This document shows, piece by piece, positions 30,391-44,880 of a DNA stretch of 64,000 bases; positions within the stretch are counted from its first letter, which is position 1, and each line of letters starts with the position of its first letter. Both the position numbers and the translations under genes were made by a program. The stretch lies in assembly GCF_009914755.1 (NCBI RefSeq), contig NC_060932.1; one strand, written 5' to 3'. Origin of the DNA: the human T2T-CHM13v2.0 reference genome, Homo sapiens. The notes beneath the pieces are model-generated. The model saw only the letters and a program-made list of their open reading frames with translations. It made no database searches and was not told where the DNA came from.

Positions 30391-31250
30391 CTACTGCACT
30401 CCAGCATGGGTAATAGAGCAAGACCCTGTCTCAAAAAAATAAATAAATAAAAATAAAAAATCTTAAAAAAATTTAGATATGATTTGTATACCCTCAGATT
30501 CACTCTCTGAAAGTGTATAACTCAGTGCTTTTTAGTATATTCACAGAATTGTGGAAGCATCACTACCATCTAATATCAGAACATTCTTACCACCCCAAAA
30601 AGAAACCCTACCAATTATCAGCTGCTCCCCATTCCCCACCTCTCCCCTTGCACCCCTAGCCCATGGCAACCACTACATTTCTATAGCGTTGCCTGTTCTG
30701 GACATTTCATATAAATGGAATAATACAATATGTGGCCTTTTATAGCTGGCTTCTTTCCCTTAGCATAATGTTTTCAAGGTTTATCCAAGTTGTAATATGT
30801 ATCAATACTTCATGCCTTTTTATGGTCGAATAATATTACATTTATGAGTAGACCACATTTTGTTTGCCCATTCATCGATGGATGGCATTTGGGTTGTGTC
30901 CACTGTTTTGGCTATTGTGCATGAATAATGTACATTTGTGGGCAAGCATTTGCGTGGGCGTGTGTTTTCTGTTCTCTTGGGTATATACCGAGGAGTGGAA
31001 TTGTGGGGTCATGTGGTCATTCTATGTTTAATTTTTTTTTTGGCCATGTTACTGGCAAATATATTTAACTTTCTGAGCAACAGTCAGACTGTTTCCCAAA
31101 GTGGTTGTGCTATTTTACACTCCCACCAGCAGTGTGGGAGGGCCCCGGTTTCTTCGCATCCTTGCCAACACTTGCTATTGTCTGTCGTTTTGATTATAGC
31201 CATGCGAGTGGGTGTTAGGTGCTGTGTCATTGTGGCTTTAATTTTAGGCT
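30391..31250 (-). mobile_element. Old L1 (L1M) 3' fragment, antisense, preceded by a short sense Alu 3' fragment (30391-30460)
   Basis: L1 3' end-like text (TTCCCAAAGTGGTTG...CCCACCAGCAGTG...CCTTGCCAACACTTG). Minus-strand ORF 31084..31278 resembles the L1 ORF2 C-terminus (HLTPTRMAIIK...KCWQGCEE...HCWWECK). Confidence 0.82.
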
Positions 31251-31974
31251 TTATTTTGAGGCCCGTGTACTCATTCACTGACCCCTAGTCACATTTATCT
31301 TGACCTGTGATGTGAGAACTTGGTTTGGGTGTGTTTTCCCTACTCTGCACTGGCTCATCTGGTGTGGCAAGTGCAAAGATGTTTGCAGAGATGAGAATGA
31401 GTACCTGCAACCAGGGGTCCCCAGAAAGGCAGCCCTCTTAGCTCTCCCCACTGAGGACCCTTGAGCCCTCCCTCTAGGGCTCACCATTTGTGGCTGGCTG
31501 GAATGGCTACCTCCATTCCCTTGAGCCTGGCACCGCTCCTCGAGATTTGCTCTGATCTCACCGCATGGCTGAGAGTAAATCCTGTTTTGCTCCCTTTTGT
31601 GAGCCTTCTTCTTTCTGCTTCCTGATGGGGTGGGCAGATAGGTGGTTCCATGCTGGGGAGGGAACTTGGCAGAGGCCCTGTTAGCCTCTTCCTCCAGTGT
31701 CACCCTTCTGACAGCACACAGCCTGCGGGGTCCAGGCACTCTCAGCCATGATATGGACCATCTCCAGGGCCAGTCCATTCCTGCCGCTGATGGAGATTCC
31801 CTCCTGATCTCCAGAGGGCAGAGGAATCAGAATAGTTTCCTTCTACATTTGTAGTTTGCAGGAACCATTGCTCACAGCTGCTCCCTCCTTGGATGCTATA
31901 CCCTCACTCTGTAAGATAGGGTGGGAAATGTCGCCTACTTTACCCATGAGAGCATCGCAGAAGGGAGAGGCTGA

Positions 31975-32392
<418 letters not shown>

Positions 32393-32420
32393 CCTCTCTT
32401 ATAGGAACTTCAGGTGCTAA

Positions 32421-33072
32421 TGTTGCAGGATTTAGGAGGACGAGAGAGACCTTGGGTTGAAACAGGAGAATTTTTACTGAGTGTACTCAGGCCCAGCTGA
32501 CTTACGTTTAAAAGACTGGGCCTGGAACAAAGACAGTACTTGACATTTATATATATTTTATAAAAGGGGGTGGGCTAGCTTGAAATAAGCTCATAGTGGT
32601 GCGAAAGCAGGGATATTGAGGCAGGACAAAGACAGGATTGTATATGACTGTTGCCAAGCAACCTAGATGTTTGTTATTTAGGTTTGCCTGGGCAAAGGCT
32701 TATTTTATAACCTTTATTATGGTGCCCAGGCAGCTGTAGTTTAGGCTTATTTAGGCTTTTTATGACTTTTGTTGTATTTTTTAGATAAAACAGAATACTT
32801 GAAGTTACTAGTTATAGAGAACAGGAATTTATAAATTTTATAAAACAAAGGAAATTTTTTTTTTTTTTTTTTTTTTATGTTGAGGGAGTGCTGCGAGAGT
32901 TTTTAGGAGCGTATTAGATAATATTATTAAGACTTTTTTGGGTCTGGGCCATGCCTTTGCTGCCTTTGGGACAAGTTAGCTTAATACAGGAAAACTTATT
33001 TTTTTTTAATTTTATATAAAAATTCTCCTGTTTCAACCCGAGATCTCTCTCGTCCTCCTAAATCCCGCAACA
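32421..33072 (-). mobile_element. ERV1 solo LTR (LTR10C-like, HERV-I group) with inverted terminal duplication
   Basis: TG...CA ends and 4-bp TSD CTAA (32417-20, 33073-76). 56-bp inverted termini. Family assignment is from recalled consensus. Confidence 0.8.
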
Positions 33073-33340
33073 CTAAGTGTGGTTCCCTTAAGTGCACTGG
33101 ATTCAAGGTGACTTTGTCCTTGCTTTTGGATGTTTTGGATGTAACAGCGATGAGATGGCCCCTCCCAGAGCTGAGAATGGAGAATATTATGCTAGACACC
33201 TGAGGCTGCAGTGATGTGGGCTGATGGAGGGGTGTCAAGGAGAAAGCATGTGGTCACCTTCACGGCACCATCACAGCCTTTGGTTTGTTTAAACAAAGTG
33301 AATTAGTGTTGTGGTTTCTGCTGCTAAGAAAACCCTGTTC

Positions 33341-33700
33341 GTTTATTCATTCACCTATTCATTCCTTCATCCGTTCATTTATTCATTTATTCATCCATTC
33401 ATCCATTCAGCTGACATTTATTGGCCATCTGGCAGGTGCTGATCTGGGCATTAGAAGTACAGATAAGGTCCTCTTTGCAAAAAACTTCTTGTCTATTGGG
33501 AAGACCTACAAAGAAAAGATGAAAATGAAATGTGAAGATTGCTGTACTAAGGTTCCAGTGGAACAGAGAAGAGAAATCTTTAAAATCTGCCTGGGAGAGC
33601 CAAGAGAGGCTTCAGCCAATAGGTCCTATGTGAGCTGACCCTTGAAAGCCGGCTCAAATTTTACCCTGGGGTGGATTTCACCCATGGGGTGGGCAGGAGA
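33341..33700 (-). mobile_element. L2 3' fragment with (CATT)n tail
   Basis: (TTCA)n followed by CATTTATTG..., typical of an antisense L2 end. Confidence 0.65.
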
Positions 33701-33767
33701 AGGGAGTGTCCACGCAAGAGAGAGATGTGTGCAGAAGAATTTGGTAGATGAGTCTGGTGTATTTTAG

Positions 33768-34187
<420 letters not shown>

Positions 34188-34194
34188 CTTTCTT

Positions 34195-34750
34195 CTTTAT
34201 TTTATAGTGGTAGCATACATAACACAAATTTTACCACTCGAACTATTATTAAGTGGGCAGTTCGGTGGCATTGTGTATTCGCATTGTTGTACAGTCATCA
34301 CCGTGGTCCATTTCCAGAACTTTATCATCATCCCTAACTGATCATCATCCCTAAACTGTTGCCATTAAACACTAACTCCCCATTCCCACCTTTCTCTAGC
34401 CCCTGGTGGCCCGTATTCTATTATAGTTGTTTCTATGGATTTGACTGTTCTAGGAACCTCATGTAAATATATATGCTTATGACATTGCAGAATGGCCCCA
34501 AGTTCACCTATGTGATAGCCTGTGTCAGAATTTCCTTTTTTTTATGGATAATATTTCATCGTATATATAGACCATATTCTGTTTATCCATTCATCCATTG
34601 ATTGATAGATACATGGGCTGCTTCCACCTTTTGGCTATTGTAAATAATGCTGCTATGAACATGAGTGTGCAAATATCTATTCAAGTCCCTGCCTTCAACT
34701 CTTGGGTGTGTGCCCGTAAATGGAATTGCCGCATCATACGGTAATTCTGC
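34195..34750 (-). mobile_element. L1M 3' fragment
   Basis: TTCCACCTTTTGGCTATTGTAAATAATGCTGCTATGAAC L1 signature. Confidence 0.8.
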
Positions 34751-35374
34751 ACCACAGTTTTCTGATTTGTCATATAATTTCAGGGTTACTGTGCAGCTTA
34801 AATTTGATTGAAGGTACAAAGTACTGAGCATTGCCTGGCACATAATCAGTATTAAGTCCCATCCTGAAGGGCCCCTTCTAGCCTCTCCTGAAAAGTGAAC
34901 CTTTTAAAGCAAAAGCACTTTTAACTATTTGGATGAAAAAATACCTCTTCAAATGTAGTTTATGGTTCTTAAATGGAGGTCCTTTTTGGCACTTTTGTGG
35001 AGTTTGGGTGAGGAGTCAGATGGCCACATTTGCATAGTGAGGTGTGATTGGGTCCTGGAATGTCATGCCAGGGAGCAGGTGAAAGCCAATGAGTATTCTG
35101 CCAGGTCCAAAGGCCCAGTGGCCAGTTTCCATCTGGATGGGCCTGGAAGGCTTCCTGGAGGAGGGGGTAGTGGCCCCAGCTGGGGAAAGAGGAGGTAAAG
35201 GAATGGGTGAGAACCTGCCTGCCTCATCTTGAGAGAGGCTGAGGAAGCACAGAGCTGGGAAGGTAGCCACTGGTCTCCATGGCCACTATGCTTTGAACAT
35301 ACCTTTGCTGCAGGGCCGATGAAAAGTTGGACGTTAGCTATCTTCATCTCAACCTACTCCCCGTCAAGTCTTGC

Positions 35375-35676
35375 TTTTTTTTTTTTTGAGACAAGAGTCT
35401 TGCTCTGTCACGTAGGCTGGAGTGCATTGGTGCTATCTCGGCTCACTGCAACCTCCACCTCTCCTCCTCCGGGGTTCAAGTGATTCTCCTGCCTCAGCCT
35501 CCCAAGTAGCTGGGATTGCAGGCACATGCCACCACACCTGGCTAATTTTTGCATTTTTTTTTAGTAGAGACGGGGTTTCACCATGTTGGCCAGGCTGGTC
35601 TCCTGACCTCAAGTTATTCACCCACCTCGGCCTCCCAAAGTGCTGGGATTACAGGCTTGAGCCACTGTGCCTGGCC
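35375..35676 (-). mobile_element. AluS
   Basis: Full antisense dimer; short TSD GTCTTGC. Confidence 0.9.
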
Positions 35677-36018
35677 ACGTCTTGCATTTACCATGGGAAA
35701 TTGTTAGCGTGGTCATCATTTGGTCTGCTTTAGTAGAGAGTATCTTTTATGTTTCTCAAAGGCGTTATGTTCTGCATTGTAAATGTGCGGAAATCAGTCA
35801 CCCAGTCACCTGAACTTCCATTTAACATCAGGTCCCTGGCCATGGGACTTGGGCAGGAGCACCAGGGCTGGCCCATCAAGTACCTCAATATATTGCTCCC
35901 TGATGAGGGAGGGGCCAGAATACATGTTATCACTACTGTTTAACATGGTTCCGGATATGTTAGCCAGTGTAATAAGATACGAAAAATAAGAAGTAATAAT
36001 AATGGGGAGAAAATATAA

Positions 36019-36268
<250 letters not shown>

Positions 36269-36379
36269 ATTATTACTATTTTTAGATGGTTTACTTTAGC
36301 CATTCAAAGGAATTAAATGAAGAAATATTTGATCTAAGAAGAAAGTTTATGAAGATGACTGACTTAAAAATAATGTATT

Positions 36380-39060
<2,681 letters not shown>

Positions 39061-41589
39061 TTTTATTTTTTTTCTCCATTCTTTCTGGTGTTCCAGGGTT
39101 TTGGCATTGAAGTACTTTTGTACTTAGAGGAGTTTTATAAAAAACAAAAGTTCCCTTTGAGGGATACTTTGCATCTGGACTGTTATCTCTTACCCACATC
39201 ATTCTTGAGGACTAAGAGAAAATACCTGTGAGGAAGTATTTACATTTGTTACGGTGGTGCTGGGCTGAGTTTGTGTGGACCCTGGACTCCCAGCTGTCCA
39301 CACAGTTATAAAGAGTAATTAAAAGCTCCCTGAACAACAGGTCCCTTATCAGCCTTAAACCTTATTGTTCAGATACATTGGCTTTTATTCATAGTCTTAC
39401 TAATCAACTGGGGACAAAAAAGACCCATTGAACCATTAGCCCTCAGCCCGAGATGAGAAGCGCATGATGGTACAATGGCCGTGGTTCAGACTCAGATGTT
39501 ATGCTATGTTTTGAATTCAGTCCAGGTTCCTAGGAGGAAAACACCCATCAAATTATGTTGGCTTTAGAGCGATCTCAGTCAACAGATGACATCACCGACT
39601 TTTCCTTCCCTGCTGGTCTTTATTTGGAGGGGATGCAAGAATTGTGCAACCTTGGAATAAACAGAATAGAGACCCGACTCCTCACTCATTGTGTTTCTGA
39701 GTTTAGTTTCAATCCAACAGCGGATCTGTTTTTTTACTCCATGTAATGGGACTGTTGCTGCAGCTTTTGTACAAGGGTGGAGTGGGTGTCCATTTGCTGA
39801 CGAGCACCCTGTGTACACGCTAGTTTTTATTTGAACGAGGTGCTCTTGTCTTTATTATGTATTGTCTGCCCATAAATGATGTCTTGAAATAGAGGGGTGA
39901 GCATCACCTCATTTATTTCAACCCATATTTGTACAGAAGGATTTTTGTAATCAAATCATGGGGTTTGTGTGTAGAACTCAGTAAGAAGTAATCATGACCC
40001 TGTCCGTTCATTTGCTCTTTGTTCTTTCCTGTTATTAACAATGGCTTTGGGGCTTTTGGGGCGCATTTAGTTCTGCACGTTGTGTATGTAAGTAGATGTT
40101 CTTCTGTGGGGGCTGCAAGTCCTTAAGTTATAGTTGGATTCCCTTCCCAGCAAGGAACCAACAGGAAGGAAAACGAAGTCAAACCCAGTCTTTGCACGTG
40201 GAAGCTTGTGGCGTGACTGTTATTTTTTTGTGATGTTCTGTACAGCCCTGTAATCTCTTATTTTTGGCAAGCCAACTCTGAATCTGTGGTCCCGTAGCCC
40301 CAGGCAACCAAAAGCTGAGACAAACAGAGGAAGTGTCGTTATTCACATGTTTCTCTGGCCACCTCATCGGGCTGGACGCTGCCGGCTGCCACCCGTCGCT
40401 GAGCTGGAGCTCCCCAGAGTGCAGCCTGGCCAGGCAGGGACTGTTGACCCTGGCCCCTGTAGGAAGCACCTCTGGCTTGTCCCCCAGCCCCCAGGGTCCC
40501 TGCCACTCATTACTTCTCTGCACTCTTTCTGTAATTTGTTCATCGCCTGGAATTTATTTCTGGCAGACTTTGTGGTCAAAACTGGGAAGTGTCTGTTTCC
40601 TTAAAACAGCCTTTCCTCAAACCCAGGAAGTGAAGTAGGGAGCTATCCTTCCTCACCTCCTCCCTGTCACATGCACATGGGCATACACACACGTACACAC
40701 TCACCCATGTGCACACACACAGGCACACACATGAGAAAGGGACGGGGAAAGCTAGGGTGTCCACCCCAGCCTGGGCTCCTGGTATCCCTAAGGGTTTTGG
40801 AAGAAGAGTTTCAGTTTTTCAAAGCCTGCTGGAGATGTAACTGTCGTGATGTTTCGTGGGATCTGCAAGAGCCTGTAGCGTCAGGTTTCTTTCCTTTTGA
40901 TTGGGATGACATGAAGTCTGTTAATGCGGGATCGTTTGTGTTATCTGCTCTGATAGGTGGTTTTACTTGCATTTGATTTTTGATAGAATGAGAGATGAAT
41001 TGATTTGTTCCTGATACATTCTGTTGGGATACAGTCCATTTGATAGGAAGGTTGTTTACATCACAGTGTCCTGTATTTGGGGGCTGCCCTGGGATGTGAA
41101 AAGTCTGTTTATGTCTGTTGACAGAGGGTCTCTATGCTTCTTCCTTTTCTAGCATTTACTCTTATGTTACAATTAGTGCCTGCTTGCTGTGTGAACAGGA
41201 CAGATTTGTCTTGTTTGTTTGGGTCGTATGCAGTTTCATGCAGAAGACTTAGCTATATGAGTGACTCAAAGTTCCATGCCTGGGGCCCTCCACCCTCCTT
41301 CCCTCAATCACGCCTTTATCCAGTCCCTTCCCACGCCCTGTTCCTCATTGGAATCCTCTGTCCTAGCCTATCCCCCCTGCTCTCCCCTGGCATAGAAGGG
41401 TGCATCTCGTCTCCCCACAACAGCACTGGAAGGTGCTAGAACACTTGGAGAAAACTAGTTCTGTACCAGGGATTATGTTCAGCAGGTTTATCTCCTCAAG
41501 GCACCCCTAAAGTATGTTTTTACTATTTAACACACGATTTTGTAGGCCCTACTGTTGTTAGCTGTTCGTAGATACTATTTCAGAACAAT

Positions 41590-41900
41590 GCTGTGAGTAG
41601 ATACTATTATTAGGTCCATTTCACAGATAAGAAACCTGAGGCCCTGACAGGGTAAGGAGTCCTAAGGTTCTGTAGCTAGCCATGGTAGAGCTGGGGTGTA
41701 AACTCAGGCTTTCTGACTCCAAAGTTCATATTTTTAATCCCTATACAGTGAAGTAGGCACTGTTGCCATTTCTATTTTGCAGATGGGGAAACTGAGGCAC
41801 TGAGGAGTTAAGTACTTTGCCCAGGGTCCTAGAACTAGTCAGTGGTAGAGCCAGGATTCTACCCAGACAGGTGAGCTCTGGAGCCAAAGCCCTGAGCATC
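41590..41900 (-). mobile_element. Two tandem MIR fragments
   Basis: CCATTTCACAGATAAGAAACCTGAGG and ATTTTGCAGATGGGGAAACTGAGG cores. Confidence 0.75.
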
Positions 41901-43287
41901 TGTAGTAGATTCCTTGTGGCTTTCTGTCCTGTCCTTGTTCCGAGAAAGTTCCCAGGGGACAGTTACGGAATCACTGGGTGCTTGCTGTTCTCACACGCAC
42001 AGTTTCTACTGGCTCTCTAGCATTTCTTTCATTAGTGAGAGAATGTTTCAGCCCAGCTTTTCAGATGGTGGAGTTGAGGCCCCCTTGTCTGAGCTGGGTA
42101 TTTGAGAGCCAGCAGGCTTGAGGGCCTGTGAGGTCTCTGGAGGACACGGTGGTGGTGGGGCCAGGAGAAGTCACTTCTTGGGACTTTGGAAAGCCTAGAG
42201 GAATTCCAGAAATGAAACACCACACACTTACTGGAAGCCAAGTTCGTGTTTCTCCCACTGGTGGAAGGGATATGAGGTGCTGTAAACGTGGCCTTTTTTC
42301 AGATGCAGAATGCCTGTCTAATTACAGGAAACAGAGATGTCGCCCCACACTGAGCCAAGGATTTCAACATCTCTTGGAGAAATTCTGCATGGACCTGAAG
42401 TTTGAAGCTTTGCATTGTAACCAAGTTGGCTCTCCTTGCCTTCCCCCCAGGCCACGATTTCGTCATCCTGCTTTACGGATGGCATTTCCTATTAAGTGTC
42501 TGTCTGTGAACATAAACATGGAGCTGAGACAAAGCACAGCTTCTCCCTGGACCCGGAAAGAGGGACTCAGGCGCCTGGGGCTGGGGCCTGGCTCCAGACC
42601 TGCTGCTGCTGCCTGGCCTGGTTCGGGGATGCCTAGCCTAACAAGGCAGCCTGGGCTGGGAATCGCTTAGGCCTCAGGTTGATGAAGCTGGGAGAAGGGT
42701 TGAGAGGGCACCAGACCTAAGATGGTGGCCAGAGCCATTTAATCATGTGGTTGTAAAATTGTCAGTAACTTCTTTGTATGGCTAGTTGATCTGATCTCTC
42801 ATGTAGGACTCAGTCCCCCAGTTGGATCTTGGAAGGTAGACATTTATTTGAAACAGACAGCCTGGTAGAGTGAAAAGAGCTTTGTGTTTTACCCCCTCAG
42901 ATAGTAAGCAAAGAAAATGGAAAAAGCAGCGCTGTCTGGGGTGACATCCTGATGCATTGCTGGTGACAGAGTGAAGAGGTGACACATTTGGAACATAATG
43001 TGGCCATCTGTATGAAGAACCATAGTTCATCCAGTCATCCCAACCCTAGGACTCTCCAGAGAAAACCGTTTAAAATAGGGGGAAAGTTATTTGCATGAAT
43101 ATGTTCATAAGAACATTATGTATAATAGAGGAAATTTGGAAGAAACCTATAGGTTCTTCCACAGGGAAATTGTTAAGGAAATGATGGTAGATTCTCCGCA
43201 AGAATGGCTCCCATTAAAAATTGAATTAGGAAGACTCTAAGATAATGTGGTATTAAGAAAAAAACTCCATGATTAAAAATGAGCATG

Positions 43288-43360
43288 GGCCAGGTGTGGT
43301 GGCTCACGCCTGTAATCCCAGCACTTTGGGAGGCCGAGGCGGGTGGATCACTTGAGCTCA
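43288..43360 (+). mobile_element. Alu 5' fragment, 3'-truncated
   Basis: First ~73 nt of Alu, then an abrupt switch to unrelated sequence. Confidence 0.85.
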
Positions 43361-44470
43361 TTATCTGATGCCCTGAATTGGCTTTTTCTCATGCACATTA
43401 GGTTAAGGTCAGTAGTTACTCACTTAAGTTACCCATTGCATGTGTTTCCAGTGACAGAAAAGGATTTAGGGATGGATCGTTGAGGTGACTGCTATGCATA
43501 GAAATGCCTAGAAGGAGGCGGTGGTTTAAGCTGTAGAAGGAGGCAGGTGCCAAGTGCTCCCAGTTTGGGGTTTGAGCTCCCACATTCTGTCTGCACAGCA
43601 GCAGGCAAGTCCCGTGGCCTCCAGGCTCTGCATCTGTGATGTAAGATCGTAAACCTGTCCTGCCTACCTTGTTTGAGCATCAGATGAGATAAGGTACGTG
43701 ATAACACTTTGTGAATCACTTAAAAACACTATGTCTATGTGAGGTTGATATTATTGCTATTCAATAAATGCAAACGTGTAGGAAATTATAAAATGATTCA
43801 ACTGTTCCATTCCTGTTTTTGAAACTTTCTGAAGAGAGGTGGATATGTTTCCCTGAGGTGGGGAGCTAGGGTTGTGCCTGTGTTCATCCAGGAAAATGGG
43901 ATGAAAAGCCCAAGATACATCTGCGACATCATCTTCAGAATGTGAAATTACAGTGGGTTTGGAATCTGGGCCTTCTCTCTGCCTGCTCCCTGCCTCTCCT
44001 TCCCTACCCACAGTCTCCAGCTCTGACTCCTGGCCTCCCAGGGTCCTCTCCCAGCAGCCTGGAAGGAAGGGACATCCTCATTCCAGGGCCCAGGCCATGA
44101 GGAAGGAAGCAGTGGGCAGGGATGCAGGCTGCAGGTGTGGGCAGCTCCAGGTGCCCACTCTAGGCTTCAGGATGAGTGGCTCCCTTCCTGCAGTGGGTGC
44201 CCATCCTGGCAGGTACAGTCACCAGAGAGGCCCGCCTGCTTCAGCTGCATACCATGGGGTTTTTCCTGAGACTAAAGAGGGTCCTGCTCCTTATATCCAT
44301 TGACCAGTGAGTGATGAGGAAGACTGAATGCTGACGGACGGGAGGAAGGAAGTCAGGAGAAAGGGAGAAGGGCTGGCCAGGAAGGAGGAGAGAGGAAATG
44401 ACAGAGGAGAGGGAGAGATCAGGAGCCCCATGCCTGCCAGCCAGGGAAGGCCCTGCTGTTGCACTCTTCA

Positions 44471-44880
<410 letters not shown>

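Noticed and set aside
32421-33072. Novel DNA transposon/MITE defined by 56-bp TIRs
   Set aside because: TG...CA ends, a 4-bp TSD and LTR10-like internal sequence point to a rearranged retroviral LTR. It is kept as a finding under that interpretation.
42128-42670. 180-aa intronic ORF
   Set aside because: It has a non-ATG start, no recognisable homology and no splice context.
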